Source: Candidatus Woesearchaeota archaeon
Lineage (GTDB): Archaea; Nanobdellota; Nanobdellia; Woesearchaeales; JABIAG01
Direction: 5' to 3'
Length of the DNA: 24,000 nt
Assembly: GCA_018653365.1 (NCBI GenBank)
Contig: JABIAG010000001.1
Location: 735,591-759,590, forward strand
The notes below the pieces were generated by a model. The model was not told the origin of the DNA. It ran no database searches and worked only from the letters and a program-made list of their open reading frames with translations. The position numbers and the translations under genes are program-made. Below, in pieces: positions 23,664-24,000 of the stretch (the first letter of the stretch is position 1; the number at the start of each line of letters is the position of its first letter).

Positions 23664-24000
23664 TTACTTCATCTTTGACATTAAATCAATCATTCGAGTA
23701 GAATACCCCCACTCGCTATCATACCATCCAAATACAGTAACCATGTTTCCATTAACCATAGTTAATTTTGAATCAAAAATAACAGAACATGAACAACCCA
23801 CAATATCAGAACTAACCAATTCATCTTCAGAATATTCCAAAACTTTCATTTTTTTAGACGCTTTCTTAAATGCGTTATTAACCTGTCTAATTGTTGGTTT
23901 TTTAGACAAAGTAACTGTGAAGTCTGTTAAAGAACCAACTGCCAAAGGAACTCTAAGTGCTTTTCCATTAAGTTTGCCCTTCATTTCAGGAATAACTAGC
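23664..24000 (-). CDS. gap: Glyceraldehyde-3-phosphate dehydrogenase, class I (bacterial/eukaryotic type), C-terminal part; 5' end outside window
   Basis: ...LVIPEMKGKLNGKALRVPLAVGSLTDFTV...WYDSEWGYSTRMIDLM matches the class I GapA C-terminal domain (WYDNEWGYS motif). The frame stays open to the window edge, and there are 4 nt between its stop and the pgk start. Confidence 0.9.
   Translation of the reverse strand, partial: LVIPEMKGKLNGKALRVPLAVGSLTDFTVTLSKKPTIRQVNNAFKKASKKMKVLEYSEDELVSSDIVGCSCSVIFDSKLTMVNGNMVTVFGWYDSEWGYSTRMIDLMSKMK

Noticed and set aside
1-24000. CRISPR arrays, cas genes, toxin-antitoxin pairs and recognisable defence-system cassettes
   Set aside because: I found no regularly spaced direct repeats on either strand and no Cas, nuclease-ATPase or TA-like ORF pairs. 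The repeats present are promoter-like boxes or short local duplications.

Overview
AT-rich, gene-dense window that is clearly archaeal and most likely from a small-genome DPANN-type archaeon (inference). Supporting markers are a type-2 methionine aminopeptidase, the RNase P Rpp21/Rnp4 subunit, a Dph2 fragment, a TrmB regulator and a tRNA with bulge-helix-bulge (BHB) introns. TATA-like boxes sit about 25-35 nt upstream of many start codons, and other genes have GGAGG/GGTGAT Shine-Dalgarno (SD) sites. Housekeeping content: a partial phosphoribosyltransferase, map, and a non-oxidative pentose-phosphate operon (rpiB, an rpe-tktN fusion, tktC). Also a circularly permuted GTPase, a 2H phosphoesterase, tRNA-Ile, a radical SAM protein, a SAM methyltransferase, rnp4, and pgk plus a partial bacterial-type gap. 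Strongest finding: the 172-nt locus at 15300-15471 (minus) resolves by hand into a tRNA-Asn(GTT) interrupted by four introns. Each intron has a 3-nt bulge / 4-bp helix / 3-nt bulge motif, and cutting at the expected positions gives a perfect 73-nt cloverleaf. Immediately upstream is a free-standing LAGLIDADG homing endonuclease, followed by a dph2 gene truncated after 84 codons. Other items worth a second look: a 1096-aa coiled-coil protein with a C-terminal caspase/CPD-like His-Cys domain, and an exact 21-bp direct repeat bracketing a two-ORF cassette beside tRNA-Ile. There is also a decayed tRNA copy, a CARF/Csa3-like regulator with no CRISPR context, an orphan HEXXH protein, and a TrmB-linked cluster of unknown genes. 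No CRISPR array, integrase or transposase was seen. All protein calls rest on motif recognition by eye, not on database searches.
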